A DNA stretch of 48,740 nucleotides from Seison nebaliae (lineage: Eukaryota). Location: positions 62,001 to 110,740 of the forward strand of contig JALJEE010002335.1 in the NCBI GenBank assembly GCA_023231475.1. Direction: 5' to 3'. The position numbers were made by a program, and so were the translations under genes. The notes beneath the pieces were generated by a model. That model made no database searches, had not been told where the DNA came from, and worked only from the letters and a program-made list of their open reading frames with translations. Of this stretch, positions 1 through 12,695 are shown one piece after another; the first letter of the stretch is position 1, and every line of letters begins with the position of its first letter.

Positions 1-2
1 GC

Positions 3-590
3 ATATTCAATCGATTCCATAAAACGTATCAAATTAATCGACGATCGAAAAATTATGCTGTTGGTAGTAGTCATCTTAGCATCCAGAATCAAAACATCTA
101 TCGACATTATAATCGAAAATCTTCAACAGAAACATGTCCCATCAAATTTGATCCGGAGAACGATGTCAACCAATTAATTCAGTCACTCATTCTTAAACCG
201 ACTGCCTCCAATTCAACAATGGACCGAATACTGCGGGTCGATGTGTCTTCCAGACCCACATTAGATTCATCGAACGATGTTCTATTTGACAACATAAAAA
301 CTTCCGATACGAGTGATGGAATGACAACAAATAGTTCTATACATTCATCAGAAAACGGTCCGACTTCTGGTATGAATCAAAAGTCCAATTCGTATTATTT
401 CAATTTACCCAAAAATCAAACGAGAAAAACTAATCAGCAACAAAAACGTCGTCGTCATCACCATAATATCGTTTATCAGAGAAATCATGATTATTTATTG
501 GCAGATCGTTTGGGCGCCAGTAGCGATAGTACAGTTGGAGGTGGCCTACAACCATCCAACACTGAAGAAAGTAGTTTGAATACAAAATGA
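3..590 (+). CDS. 3' end (low-complexity S/N/H/Q-rich C-terminal tail) of an unidentified gene entering from the left edge
   Basis: The frame is open from base 3 through the ORF-track 219..590 to a TGA. It is followed by a T-rich 3'UTR with AATAAA at ~969. No recognisable domain. Confidence 0.55.
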   Translation: MFNRFHKTYQINRRSKNYAVGSSHLSIQNQNIYRHYNRKSSTETCPIKFDPENDVNQLIQSLILKPTASNSTMDRILRVDVSSRPTLDSSNDVLFDNIKTSDTSDGMTTNSSIHSSENGPTSGMNQKSNSYYFNLPKNQTRKTNQQQKRRRHHHNIVYQRNHDYLLADRLGASSDSTVGGGLQPSNTEESSLNTK

Positions 591-1056
591 AATTTTCCTA
601 TTAATCTTTAACTTTGTGTTCACCGGTTACTCATCATATTTCGTTACCTTCTCAATTTTCTTGCTTTCGACTTCTTCTCTCAACTACAATCAATTAATTT
701 ATGTTCGTTCTTGTTTTTCTTTTGCCAAACTTTAAATTTACGAGAAAAAAAAAACAAACAAAAAAACCTTATAACAAATGTGCCAATATTCCACTACTAT
801 TTCTTCCGTCAAATTTTTCCATATCCATATTTTTTTCTTGTATCATACCAAATCAATTTTGTTTCTCAACAAATGTTTATGTAAATTTTTAATTATTTCA
901 TATTTTCCTTTTTTAAAAATTCTTTTCCGTTTTATTTAATTGCCGTTATATAAGACAAATGTTCTTTTAATAAAATTGGTAAGAAAATTTCAAAAACTTT
1001 TGTTCTCAACTAGAAACTAAATTAGTTGAAAAATAAAGTTGACGAATTGAAGAATT

Positions 1057-1818
1057 TTATTTATACTGAGAAAAATATTGACGAATATGTTTCATTCCTA
1101 ATTGACAGATTTCTTTAGGGGGTCTCTCTAACGGATTGGTTAATAATCCACTTTGTATTATATTGAATTGATTCCATTCCAAATATTCCAATTGACAAAT
1201 AGATCTTGGCAGATATTTAATATTATTATCTCCCAACCACAAATCTACCAAATATTCGAGTTGACCAATATTCTCTGGTAGACTTGTTAATTGATTACCA
1301 TAAATCAGTAGACTTCTCAATTGTTTCATATGAGATATTTCTTTTGGTAATTCGTTAATCTGATTACTTGAAAGATCAAGGAATCTCAACGATTTTAAAC
1401 GACATAATGACGACGGAAATTCTGTGAATCGATTATTCGCCAAATGTAACGAGACTAATGTCAAATTTAATTTTTGGAAAGTATCAGGCAATCTGTTCAA
1501 TTGATTGTTACTCAACATGAGAACTTGAAGATTTTGGAAATTATCGATATGACTTGGAATCGTCATTAGATTATTCGTGTCGAGAATTAAAATGCGAATT
1601 TGTTTATGAATTCGATCGAGACGTTCTGGAAATTGTTTCAATCGATAACTGAGACATGATTCCCGTTCCGGTGATAATTCTAACATTTCAATTTTGTGTT
1701 GTAAACACAAATTAACGATCTCCTTATAGTCATGTAAGATTTTTCTCAATTCCTTTCCACGAATCTTTAGTTTTTTTACCAAATAAGTTGGATCGACCTC
1801 CACCGTAAATCGAGTCAT
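1057..1818 (-). CDS. Leucine-rich repeat protein (about 6 typical LxxLxLxxNxL repeats with an NPLxxPP C-cap)
   Basis: Repeats such as LQVLMLSNNQL, LVSLHLANNRF, LRFLDLSSNQI, LRSLLIYGNQL and LVDLWLGDNNI. C-terminal NPLERPPKEICQLGMKHIRQYF. Intronless 253 aa. Confidence 0.9.
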   Translation of the reverse strand: MTRFTVEVDPTYLVKKLKIRGKELRKILHDYKEIVNLCLQHKIEMLELSPERESCLSYRLKQFPERLDRIHKQIRILILDTNNLMTIPSHIDNFQNLQVLMLSNNQLNRLPDTFQKLNLTLVSLHLANNRFTEFPSSLCRLKSLRFLDLSSNQINELPKEISHMKQLRSLLIYGNQLTSLPENIGQLEYLVDLWLGDNNIKYLPRSICQLEYLEWNQFNIIQSGLLTNPLERPPKEICQLGMKHIRQYFSQYK

Positions 1819-1888
1819 GTTCTGAAATTAATTATGAGAGTCACCGACTAATCGTATAGGAGAATAAGGATTATTAGTAGCAATTAAC

Positions 1889-1902
1889 GTTGCCATGACA
1901 AA
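1889..1902. promoter_or_regulatory. RFX X-box-like site upstream of the LRR gene
   Basis: GTTGCC AT GACAAA (reverse TTTGTC AT GGCAAC), ~70 nt upstream of the ATG at 1818. One perfect half-site. Confidence 0.5.
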
Positions 1903-2500
1903 TGGGAAATTTGGGAAATATCGGATTTGAAAGCTGTTAGTCTGACATTTCTTAATAAAATAACAGGAATTGATGACGGAATAATTTTTTTGTAAAAACT
2001 TTCTCACAACTTTCTTGTTATTGGTTGCGAGTGAAAGAGAACTGAAAATATCAAAAAAAATTTGTTGTTTATTATTCTCTTGACATTAGCGCTAAGATAA
2101 TCATGAGGAATGTTAATGGAATAAACATCAACATCCAAAAGGAAAATAGTTTATATTGAAAGAAGAATTATTTGGAACGAACAGTTTGCCATCGGGCAAA
2201 TGAATTTAAAGAGAAATATGTTTAATAAGGAGAATAATAAGAATTTGATAAATTAAATAATTCATTAAAAAGCGACCACAATTCCATGTAATCAATCATG
2301 ACAGAAAGATATGAGGACAACATTCTGATAAATCTGATATAAAGAAGCATCTAAATCTCTAAAGGAAACAAACATGATGAGTAAGACGATGACATGTTTG
2401 GATTTGTCAAAAATAAATTGGTAATATAAAACCATATTTCTTCAACAATAACAAAAAAGAGATAAAACAATGAATATGAGAAGAAATATTTTTAATTATT

Positions 2501-5500
2501 TTATGACCAATGATTGGAATTATTGGTCGTTCGCTTTTCACTGACCAACAATAATTCTTTGATGATTTTCGGAACCATCTCTAATTTACATCGGATTTTA
2601 TTTGATAAATAAGAGATATTAGTCAAGTCACCTTGATTCTCCATGAGACTAAGTTCTTGGAAAGAAATTGTTCGTTCAACTAAATCATTCCCATCCAAAT
2701 GTCGATAAGTGATAATATCACGAATTGTAGAGAGATTCATTATCGTATTATGTTGATGTGAACGATGATGATGTTCGTCTCCATCTAAAAATTCAATAAA
2801 AATATCTCCATTCGTTTTCAGCGATGCAAAACAATGAAACGATGAAAGAAATATTTCAAATTTATCATCTGAACATTGTTGTTGTTGTTGTTGTTGTTGG
2901 TGACGATGATGGTTTTGTGTTGTAGAAGAATTCATTAGAGAAGAATTAGCAGATTGAGATAAATTGTTTGTCACATCATTCATTGTACAAATACGATTGA
3001 CAGTCGATTCATTTAAATGAATCAGTTGAGTAGAATCGATGATTGATGGTGGAGATATTGGTGATTTCTGTTTAACTGGCGGTTTCTTATTATCACATTT
3101 ATTCTCATTTGACTTCATTAATGATGTGTTATTTTTCGATTTATTCGTCTGTTGTTTCGCTGCTTTTCTTCCAATCACTAACGGAAATAATCGAGTATGT
3201 TGTAACAATTGTAGAGGATCGTTCATTGTAAATTTGAGTGAATCTTGTAAAGTTTTCTGTGATTTCTCTATATTAAAACAGAAAGCAGTCGTATGAATCG
3301 AGTGTAAGTAATAGAATTCATAATTCTTTAATTGATTACACATTTCACTGTTTAATGCATCGGCATCCGGTGCAACAAATTGCCCATTCGACGATAAATA
3401 ATTTACATTTTTTATAGAAATCGATCGATTATCTCTTCCATTTCCATCATTAATTAATGATACATTCCATTCACTATAATTGATGAACTGTCGTCTCTCT
3501 TCATTCTGCTGTTCAGTTTTTACTGGAAAAGAAATTTCTATACGAATTCCATCATGAAAATTGGACTCCACTTCGGACATACTATCCATCAACACCGTTT
3601 TCGTATGATTCGTATGGAAAGTGACTTTTGGCGTTTTGCATCGAACAAGATTAACGAATTTGAATGCACAAACATATTTCTTCCAGAACTTCTTTGGAAG
3701 ATTTGTATAAGTGAATACGAGTTGACGGAAAGACTCGTGAAGTTTTGGAGATTCATCTTCTTTCAATCTCGGCGGTTTCTGAGATTTTTCATTAATTGGA
3801 TAAAAAATCAAAATTCGATTTCCATCTCCACTAATTATCAGACATTCACTCACATAATTTATTGAGTTGCTCAATTTGAGAAATTCCAAAATTACTTCTT
3901 GTTTCTCATTGATATTCATGACGACAATTTTCGCTTTATGACGAATTGGTTTACATCTGGACGCGTCTAATCTTTCTGGACGTAAATGACTAAGAGAAGA
4001 AGAAGTTGAAGAAGATGTTCCCGATGAAGTAGAGGACGTATATGAAGAGATCGATTGTCTATGAGATAGTGAATTGGTGGGGAAATGACTGTTCTTCTTA
4101 AGTTCCGCTAAACTATTCGAATATTTTCCATCTTTCTTATTATTCGTTTTTAATGATTGTGTCGATAACGAATTGATCTTACTTAATGGAGTGGAGAATG
4201 GTAATCGTTTTATTTGATTTATCGTCTCTCCATTATCTATCGAATTTGATGATGATGTTGTTGATGATAATGAATTGACCGTTTGATGATTCTGATGATA
4301 ATAATGTTCGGTGGAAGAAGTGGATGAATAATTAAGTGGATTACCGAAAGGAGTTGGTGTTAATTCTACATTCGTATCACTGTTATTCGTTGTACTATTA
4401 TTATTATTATTATTATTATTACTACCAGTTTGATTAATACCTGATAATGAATTACAATTGAATGGTTGTGAATGAGAATGTTTATGATTTGATGTATTAT
4501 TAATTAACGATGATTGATTGACAAGACAAGAAGCTGAACATGAACAATTGGATAAATTTGTTCCATTATTTAATCGATTCAATTTCATTTCATCTTCACC
4601 TCTCGTACAACTATTTGTTCGTTCTCCTGTTATCATATGGTTACTACTGGATGAATAATTGTGGAGTGTACTACGTCCCGAATCATCGATACTCTCTGAT
4701 CCAATATTTTGTGTTTGACTTCTTCTTTCTATTAACGAACTTTTCTTTCTCTCATCACAATTAGTGAATGAATGAAAAACACCCGATCGATCATTAGATA
4801 ACTAAATTAAATAATTAAATTAGTTTTTACTCAATTAAATAAAAATGAAACGATTGAGAAAGACTCACATGATTTCGTCAAATTTTTCTGATAAGTTGTA
4901 AAAAATGGATGTTTCAATACGGATGAAAGATTCAATCGATCTTTTGGTTCTTTTTGCAATAACATATAAATCAACGATTGTGCTTCATTCGATAAATTCA
5001 TTGGCATCATATAATTCCCAATTGCAACTTTACTCAATGTATTTTTCACACCTCTCGTATCGAATGGTGGTTTGCCGACAAGCATTGTATAAATCATACA
5101 ACCCAATGACCAAACATCCGCTTCTAATCCATGAGCATTTCTTGTAACTATTTCACTAAATAATTGAAAAAATTGAAATAAACTCAAAATGAATGAAAAT
5201 CGAACGGTGAAATAAAATTGGGAGTTCCACACATTGTGAAATGTTTCTCATCAGGAACGGATAATTGTGTCGCCAATCCGAAATCGCCAATTTTCTGAAA
5301 CGAATAAAATTGAGGAAAATATTGAAAAAAAAATGACGAACGATATTCATTGCATTGTTCAACATTAAATTAGATAATGATAAATCTCGATGAAGAATTC
5401 CATGCGAATGTAAATATAACATTCCATCGATAATCTGCTTAACAAATTGACGAGCTATAAAAGGAAATCGAATGGAATTTATAAAACAAGAAATATATCA

Positions 5501-5931
5501 ACGAACTTTCATCTTCACTAAACGGTTCATGTGAACGTTCTTTGAGGAATTTTTGCATTTCTCCAATTTCACATAATTCCAAAATTAGATAAACATAATT
5601 GGCATCTTCAAAGAATCCATACAATTCGAGAATTGATGGATGTTTCAATTGTGCATGAATCTCCACTTCATTCCTCACACGATCAACTAATCCTTTTAAT
5701 TTCATTTGTTTCTTATCAATCTGTATTATGTATAATGATATTATCAACTAGCAAAGTGAAGAAAATTAAACCATTTTAATGGCAACATCACTTCCTGTCG
5801 CCTTCGATTTGGCTTTGTAGACGCAAGCGAATCCTCCTCTCCCCAACATTGAGAGAACTTCATAATTCTTTAAACGATTTTCGTAGAATTTTATCAAAAT
5901 AGAAAGAATTAACTTCGATTTTATCACTCAT
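2501..5931 (-). CDS. PLK4: Polo-like kinase 4 (Sak), 7 exons, ~1044 aa
   Basis: Exons 5931-5914, 5867-5772, 5720-5507, 5454-5342, 5294-5206, 5155-4852, 4801-2501 splice in frame. Kinase motifs [54 protein letters not shown]. Cryptic polo box [27 protein letters not shown], plus a C-terminal PB3-like segment. Confidence 0.95.
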
Positions 5932-6128
5932 TTAGCTTATTCCATTTCTACATGATTCTGAAATCTGTAAAATTCTATAAATATATCATATAAATTAAAT
6001 GAAGTAGTCGATTCAAATTATTGTTCAAATAGATGCTTCCCTTTCATTAAATAAAAAGGAGGAAGAAGAGAAATAGAAAAATCTTCCTGTTAAAGAGCTG
6101 CGCGTTCTTAAAGCGCCGGACACCGACT

Positions 6129-6142
6129 GTTGCTAAGGAAAT
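6129..6142. promoter_or_regulatory. RFX X-box upstream of PLK4
   Basis: Reverse strand ATTTCC TT AGCAAC matches the RTHNYY-WT-RRNRAC consensus. It lies ~200 nt upstream of the ATG, next to a short CpG-rich patch. Confidence 0.55.
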
Positions 6143-6407
6143 TTTGAAGATGTTCATATGAAGTAAACGGAAATTTTAATTTCTTTAAATAGACGAAATA
6201 AGAGAAATTTGAAATTTGAAAATGTTAACAACAACTCACTTCAACCTTCTCTTCAAATCACATATGAATGACAAATGTACTTCAATACTTCAAACTTCTC
6301 TTTACCACTCTATAGAGTAAGCTTAACATTTGAAGTGGGAAATTACTACGCTTTTTTTTTTGTAGAAAATCATTTGAACAATTTGTTTGATATCGAACTC
6401 TATTGAT

Positions 6408-8703
6408 TCATTCGTCTGAATCAAGTGTATCATTTATTTTTGCCAATTCTAAATCTTTAGCTCTTTTTTGTTTTCGTTGATCCCACAACTTACCGTAATT
6501 CTTCGGTTTCTTACCTTTTTTCTTTTTCTCCAAATTTTTGCTACTTTTGAAGAGTGCACCCATCTTTAAGAAACCAGTTGATGCTTTTTCAGATGGTTTT
6601 GGATTATCATCTCCTGTCATCTTACCAGCTATATCTTCCAATAGTTTTGTAGCGAGACCTTTCCTCATATTTTGCATGTAACTAACGTCTAATGGTTGAG
6701 TTGGTTCAGTAATATCAGTTTTAGAAATACCCAATATTAAATAACTCAAAGAGGCGACAAAGCCATAACCGAGAAGAATGAGGTAAATTTTCCATGAATA
6801 TGAAGATAGAATAGTGATTTGTAAAGATAATGATACTATTGGAAATAGAATACTGGAAAGTGGATTTGTGAATGTGATTCTTTCTTTAGGACATTGATTT
6901 AATACGTACGGGGCTGATAATGATACGGAGAATAAACCCAATATTACTATTATGACGAAAAAACCAATTCTAAATGGAATTTGCAACATGTAGACACTTC
7001 TCATGTAAATGAATAACGATCCCATGTAAAGTACGAGAATAAAACAGACAGCTAATTGTTTAATATCCACTAGATCAACGACTGAATCTAATGTATGTAC
7101 AAGTATGGATTGGGATCTCGTCTTTCCACTTCCTAGTATATTTCGATTATGATAATTCACATTTTTAGGTAAGAGATATGGATTAACGTGATTGTCGTGA
7201 TAATGTTTCATGAAAATTCCTAAGTTTCTAGTACATTTCTTACATTCCAAGTGCATTTCATCCTCACTATATTCTGGACAATTGCATTCATATCGATAAA
7301 TTATATTCCATTCATCTTTATTACTATTATTGTTATTGTTATTATCATTATTTTTCGATCTGTTAGTTCCTGATCCACGATTTGTCTTATTTTCATTTCC
7401 ATTACTTAAATCACAATATAATCTGAATAAATCTTTCCTACTCATATTTCCTTTTGTTCCATAAACACATGGACAGGCTAATAATGGATGATGACGTAAC
7501 AATGGAAAAATCATAGCAGTGAAACTGATAAACATGAAAATGAATGTTAATATAAGACTAGCAAGTTGCATAAGAATATCAGATAAGAGTACTATGGAAG
7601 CTACAGAAGCCACTATCGATAAAATAAACAGGGAAACAGGTGGAATTGACATTGTTCCTGATGACAGTAATCGATAGTTCTTAAAAAGACCGTCTGCTGT
7701 TAAAATCATACCAAACAAATGTACAAATCTGAATGTTAATAATATAATAAATATGTTGAATATTGCAGGTAGAGTAGACCAGATGATTAAGAGAGTTCTG
7801 TTGAACCTACCAAAAGTAGAAGGAAACATAGCGTATGATACTACTTGTGTACCATACGAGTAGAAAACAGATACAACGGCTGGTATAATATAAAGGAGAA
7901 TAGTGTATAGACAACAGATACAATATTCCGTTTCTATTTTTAAAGTTTCACATCGATTTAGTACAGAAATAAATATCGGATATGTTCCAAACGCGAAAAA
8001 AATTTTCTTAACCATTCCCAATACTCTTTCGTATTCTATATGAAATATTGTATTCGGATGAATAATATGTTTATTCCGATGTCCCATTACCATTAGATTG
8101 ATGCAATATCCAATAACCACTACCATATTAAGTAACGCTAAAATGGTTCGATTAATATGCTTGGAAATACCTGCACTGAGAGTCAAGACTAAAATCACCA
8201 ATGTCGGCCAATAATCAAACGTCGAGGGAGCTAATTCATATAATCCTGGAGTCATTATTGGTGCCAAACCAACTAACCAAAATATGTGATAAACACAACT
8301 CTGAGCAAATATGGCTACGATAAGTATAGTAACTAGTTTTGTCAATATTAATTGCAAATTAGAAAAATAACAAACTAACACCCTAAAATGAGGGATGCCA
8401 TTAAATAAGAACTAAATACTCCGAAAACACGGAACATGATTTGATGTACATTATGGTAACCGACCAACATCATTTTCAAATGTAAATATGTCACAAAACT
8501 TATGGATGATACAAGTCCTGAGAGTAGGAGAGCTAACCATCCACTAAAACCTTAAATAATTATTAATTATATTTAATTATATAATGCATAAATAGATATT
8601 ATAATCTAGTCAAACTGGCATTTTTACCTTGATCTAAAGCAACTCCTATAATTGTATAAACAGCCATTCCTGAAAACGGTATCAAATCAACCGAATCCCA
8701 CAT
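6408..8703 (-). CDS. Divergent APC/SLC7 cationic amino-acid-transporter-like membrane protein, paralog A (~727 aa)
   Basis: Exons 8703-8616, 8550-8380, 8332-6408. Many TM segments. Exon sizes (88, 171) and intron positions are identical to paralog B. C-terminal F.NP...LFPIVSL segment resembles the CAT C-terminal region. A short extra upstream exon is possible. Confidence 0.7.
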
Positions 8704-8835
8704 TATCCTGAAATTATTTTTATTAAATTATTCTATGGCGAACAATGGACCATTTGACAATCACCATTTTTCAATTAATTTCCAATTGTTACACGATGAT
8801 GAATGTTTTCTTTTTCAATATTTTTGTTTCAATTT

Positions 8836-8872
8836 ATATATATTTATATAGATATATATATATATATATATA
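8836..8872. repeat. (TA)n microsatellite
   Basis: Imperfect TATATA run seen directly. Confidence 0.8.
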
Positions 8873-9289
8873 TTTCTATAGATAAATCGAAAATTTCTTT
8901 TTAACAATATAGTATATTAAATATACTATAAACTGTATTATCAAGATTTACAAAAACTAATTAATATACAATAATTTAAGATTTTTCTACGAAGAAGAAA
9001 AGAACAATTATGAAATAATCGAAAATCTTGAAATCGGAGGAATTCTTTTTTTTGTCAATTCCAATACATCTAATGTAAAATAATGATTTGAATAAACATA
9101 TTATTAATTTAATAATGAAATCCATCATTACGATTGATAAACAATACAGCTTAATTTTAGGATTTGTGGAAATTTTCTAAAACGTACTCACTAAATTATT
9201 AAGAGCTGTGAAATTAACGGACAAAATAATGGATGACCAAAAACCTTTTTAAGAGTAATATATATATATAATCCATTATACTCTTTGGA

Positions 9290-9590
9290 TACGATGTTTT
9301 TATGCACTCAGCCTTCACTGTTGTTGATCGACGGTGTCTACAATCGTCTTATCAGAAGTTGTTTTCACAGATGTAACCGTTCTCTTCTTTTCGCAACAGT
9401 TAGTCTCGTGCCATTGCCGATTCTCTTTTGTCGTCTCGTTTTTACTCTTATCGACAAAATTCCGGAATCGAACTTCTACACTTCACAAATTTTCAACATG
9501 AATTATTTTCATAATCGCTCAATCTTTAGTCATACTACTTGATACTACGATTTATCTCGCGATATTCTTCTCCAAGATTTCAGAAATTTC
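9290..9590 (+). mobile_element. Decayed 3' (post-RT) fragment of a non-LTR retrotransposon
   Basis: Translation YNRLIRSCFHRCNRSLLFATVSLVPLPIL is homologous to the minus-strand segment at ~21600-21950, with many third-position differences. Confidence 0.6.
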
Positions 9591-10315
9591 ATTTTTTCTT
9601 ACGATCCCTCAGAGTCTATACTATAAACTCTATAGTATAGAAGGCATGGACAAGAGGCATACTTGGAAAGGAGTAAAAATTGTCCCACACTCATCTGTTA
9701 TATAAATATAATGTATTTGCGGTTTATTTTAAATAATTTTTTTCGTGAACTCTTTGTTCATTCTAATCAGATATATTTTATAGTAATATCTAATGAATCA
9801 TGTTGTAATTGGCACCATTTAATAGAAGAGAAAAATAGTTTAAGAATATATCTTTTTTATGAAGTGACTCTTTGCCTGATTAGTTAAATATAGAGAAAAC
9901 TAAAGAAGTTAAAAAATTGTCTCATTGAGCGGTTGTCACCGAATCGTTTGGATTCAGTCTTTTCTTTTAAGTAACACGCCTTGTCTTTCGACATAACTTT
10001 CTTTGTAGAAATGTCCGTTATTTATTTATGCATTGGACTAAAACGTTTCAGCGGTGTCTGATATAGATCTATGTATTAGGTTTGATCATTCAACTATCGT
10101 TGATTAATGGAATTAACCGTTTTATTAATTAGTTTTGATTTATTAAATTTCATATAATATGCTTTCATAGTGTTATTTTATATACAGCAAGCAATAATAA
10201 TAATATCTATTAAACCAATAAATGTTGAATATCTTATTAAAAATTTCCAATTAATGTTGCAAATATTTGGATATACATCGTTAAATTTTTTATTTACATG
10301 ACTAATTAATTTGAT

Positions 10316-12695
10316 TTATCTGGAACCAATTGTATCATCATCGGAGGGAGCATATCTTGCCCTACTATTATGTGTCTCCCATAACTTATTAAGATTTGAA
10401 ACTTCTTTAGATGCTTTTTTTCCTTTTTTTTTCAAAGGTACTTTTTTCTTCTGTAATGGTATCTTCTTAGGTTTTTTTGGTTTTATTGGTATAATATCTT
10501 CTTTTTTGGAAGTTCCCATAAGATCTTCCCAAAGTTTTCTATAAAAACTTTTCTTTACGTTTTCCAAATATTTTTCGTCAATTTGTAAATCAGTTTCCAT
10601 GAGTGTTGTGTCTTTAATTCCAAATACAAAGAAACTTAGAATGCCAAATAAACCATATCCTAATAGAATAAGAAAAATTTTCCATGTGTATGAAGATAGA
10701 ATGGTGATTTGTAAAGATAATGCTATTATTGGAAATAGAACACTAGATAGAGGATGCGACAATGTTATTCTTTCTTCTGGACATTGATTTAATACATATG
10801 GTGCTGATAATGATACGGAGAATAAACCCAGGACAACTATAATTACAAAGAAACCAATTCTAAACGGAATCTTTAACATGTAGACACTTCTCATATAAAT
10901 GAACAACGATCCCATATAAAGTACCAAAACAAAACAAACAGCTAATTGTTTAATATCCACTAGATCAACGACTGAATTCATGGTAGTCATCAACAGAGTT
11001 TCGGATTGCGTATAAGGATTGAGAATTGAATTTTTAAATATACTTCTAATTGGACTTCTTATCGGACTTCTTATCGGACTTCCGTTCGCACTCTTCGTTG
11101 TAGCTTTTGTTGGAGTTTTTATTGAACTTTTTATTGGGCTTTTATTATGATAGTTAACGTTAGTTGGTAAGACGCTTCGGGAAGAGTGATTATAATAATA
11201 ATGTTTTATGAAATCCCGCAAATTTTTAGTACATTTCTTGCATTCTAGATGAATTACATCGTCGTCATATTCTGAACAATTACATTGATATCGATAAATT
11301 ATTATTTTCTGATGTTCTCTATTATTGTTGCTCTGGTTAATGTTATGTTGAGCTATGTTAACTGGTGGCTTGACTGGGTTTGTTGAAAATATATTCTTTT
11401 TTTTCTTTTTCCCATAATTCAAATCACAATATAACTGATATAATTCTCCATCAGTCATCTTACCCTTTTTCCGATAAACACATGGACAAGCTAATAATGG
11501 ATGTTGTCGTAATAATGGAAATATCATCGTCGTATAACTGATCAGCAGGAATATAAGTACTAGAATTGCACTTGCTAATTGCATAATAACTTGAGGTAGA
11601 AAAACTATTGATGAGATGGATGCCATTATCGATATAAGTAATAATGAAAGTGATGGAATTAACATTGATCCCGGTGAGACTAAACGATAATTTTTAAAAA
11701 GACCATCTGTTGTCAATCCCATTCCAATAAGATGTACAATTCTAAATGTGATTAAGATGATGAAAACGTTGAATAATGCCGGTAGGAAAGACCAGACCAT
11801 TATGAGATTCTTACTGAGTTTTCCAAAACTCGAAGGGAACATAGCATATGCCATGATTTTTCTCCTACAAGAATAAAAAATAGCGATAATGGCTGGTATA
11901 ATATACAGGAGAATGGTATATATACAACTAATGCAATATTCTGTTTCTAATTTCAAAACTTCACATCGATTGAGTAAAGACATGAATATCGGATAAATTC
12001 CGAAAGCGAAAAAAATTCGATTAACTAATTCTAATGTTCGTTCATATTCTATATGGAACACCGTATTCTTGGTCGAACAATGTCTGTTACGATATCTGAC
12101 TAGTGTTATGTTGAGACAATAACCGATCACTACCAATAAGTTAAGTAGCGCCATTACCGTTCGATTGATATGTTTCGAGATTCCAGAACAAAAATTTAAG
12201 ACCATAATCACGAAAGTCGCCCAATAATCAAAAATTTCGGGAGATAGTTCATAAAATCTTGAATTTATTGGTGGTGCCAAATCGACAAAAAAATAGATAT
12301 GGTACACGAAACTTTGAGCAAATATCGCTATAACAAGACTCGAAACTAATTAAATAAAAATTACTTGTAAATCAATTAAATAATATGCTAACATACAATA
12401 ATGAATGAAGTAACTAAATATGATACGAAGATGCCATATGTGCGATACATAATTTGATGTAGATTATGATATCCCATCAACATAACTTTCAAATGTAAAT
12501 ATGTGACGAAACTGAAAGACGATACGACCGCAGCTAACAAGAGTGCCAATAACCCAGTGAAACCTTTGAGAATTAATAATAATAAAACTTTTTTTAAAAA
12601 GGCAAACTGCCTCCTTTCGTCTCATCCAAGACTAATCCCAAAATGCTGTAAACGGCCATCCCCGAAAATGGTACTAAGTTAATGGAATCCCACAT
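10316..12695 (-). CDS. Divergent APC/SLC7 cationic amino-acid-transporter-like membrane protein, paralog B (~762 aa)
   Basis: Exons 12695-12608, 12563-12393, 12345-10316. Colinear homology with paralog A over nearly the full length; a tandem duplicate. Confidence 0.7.
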
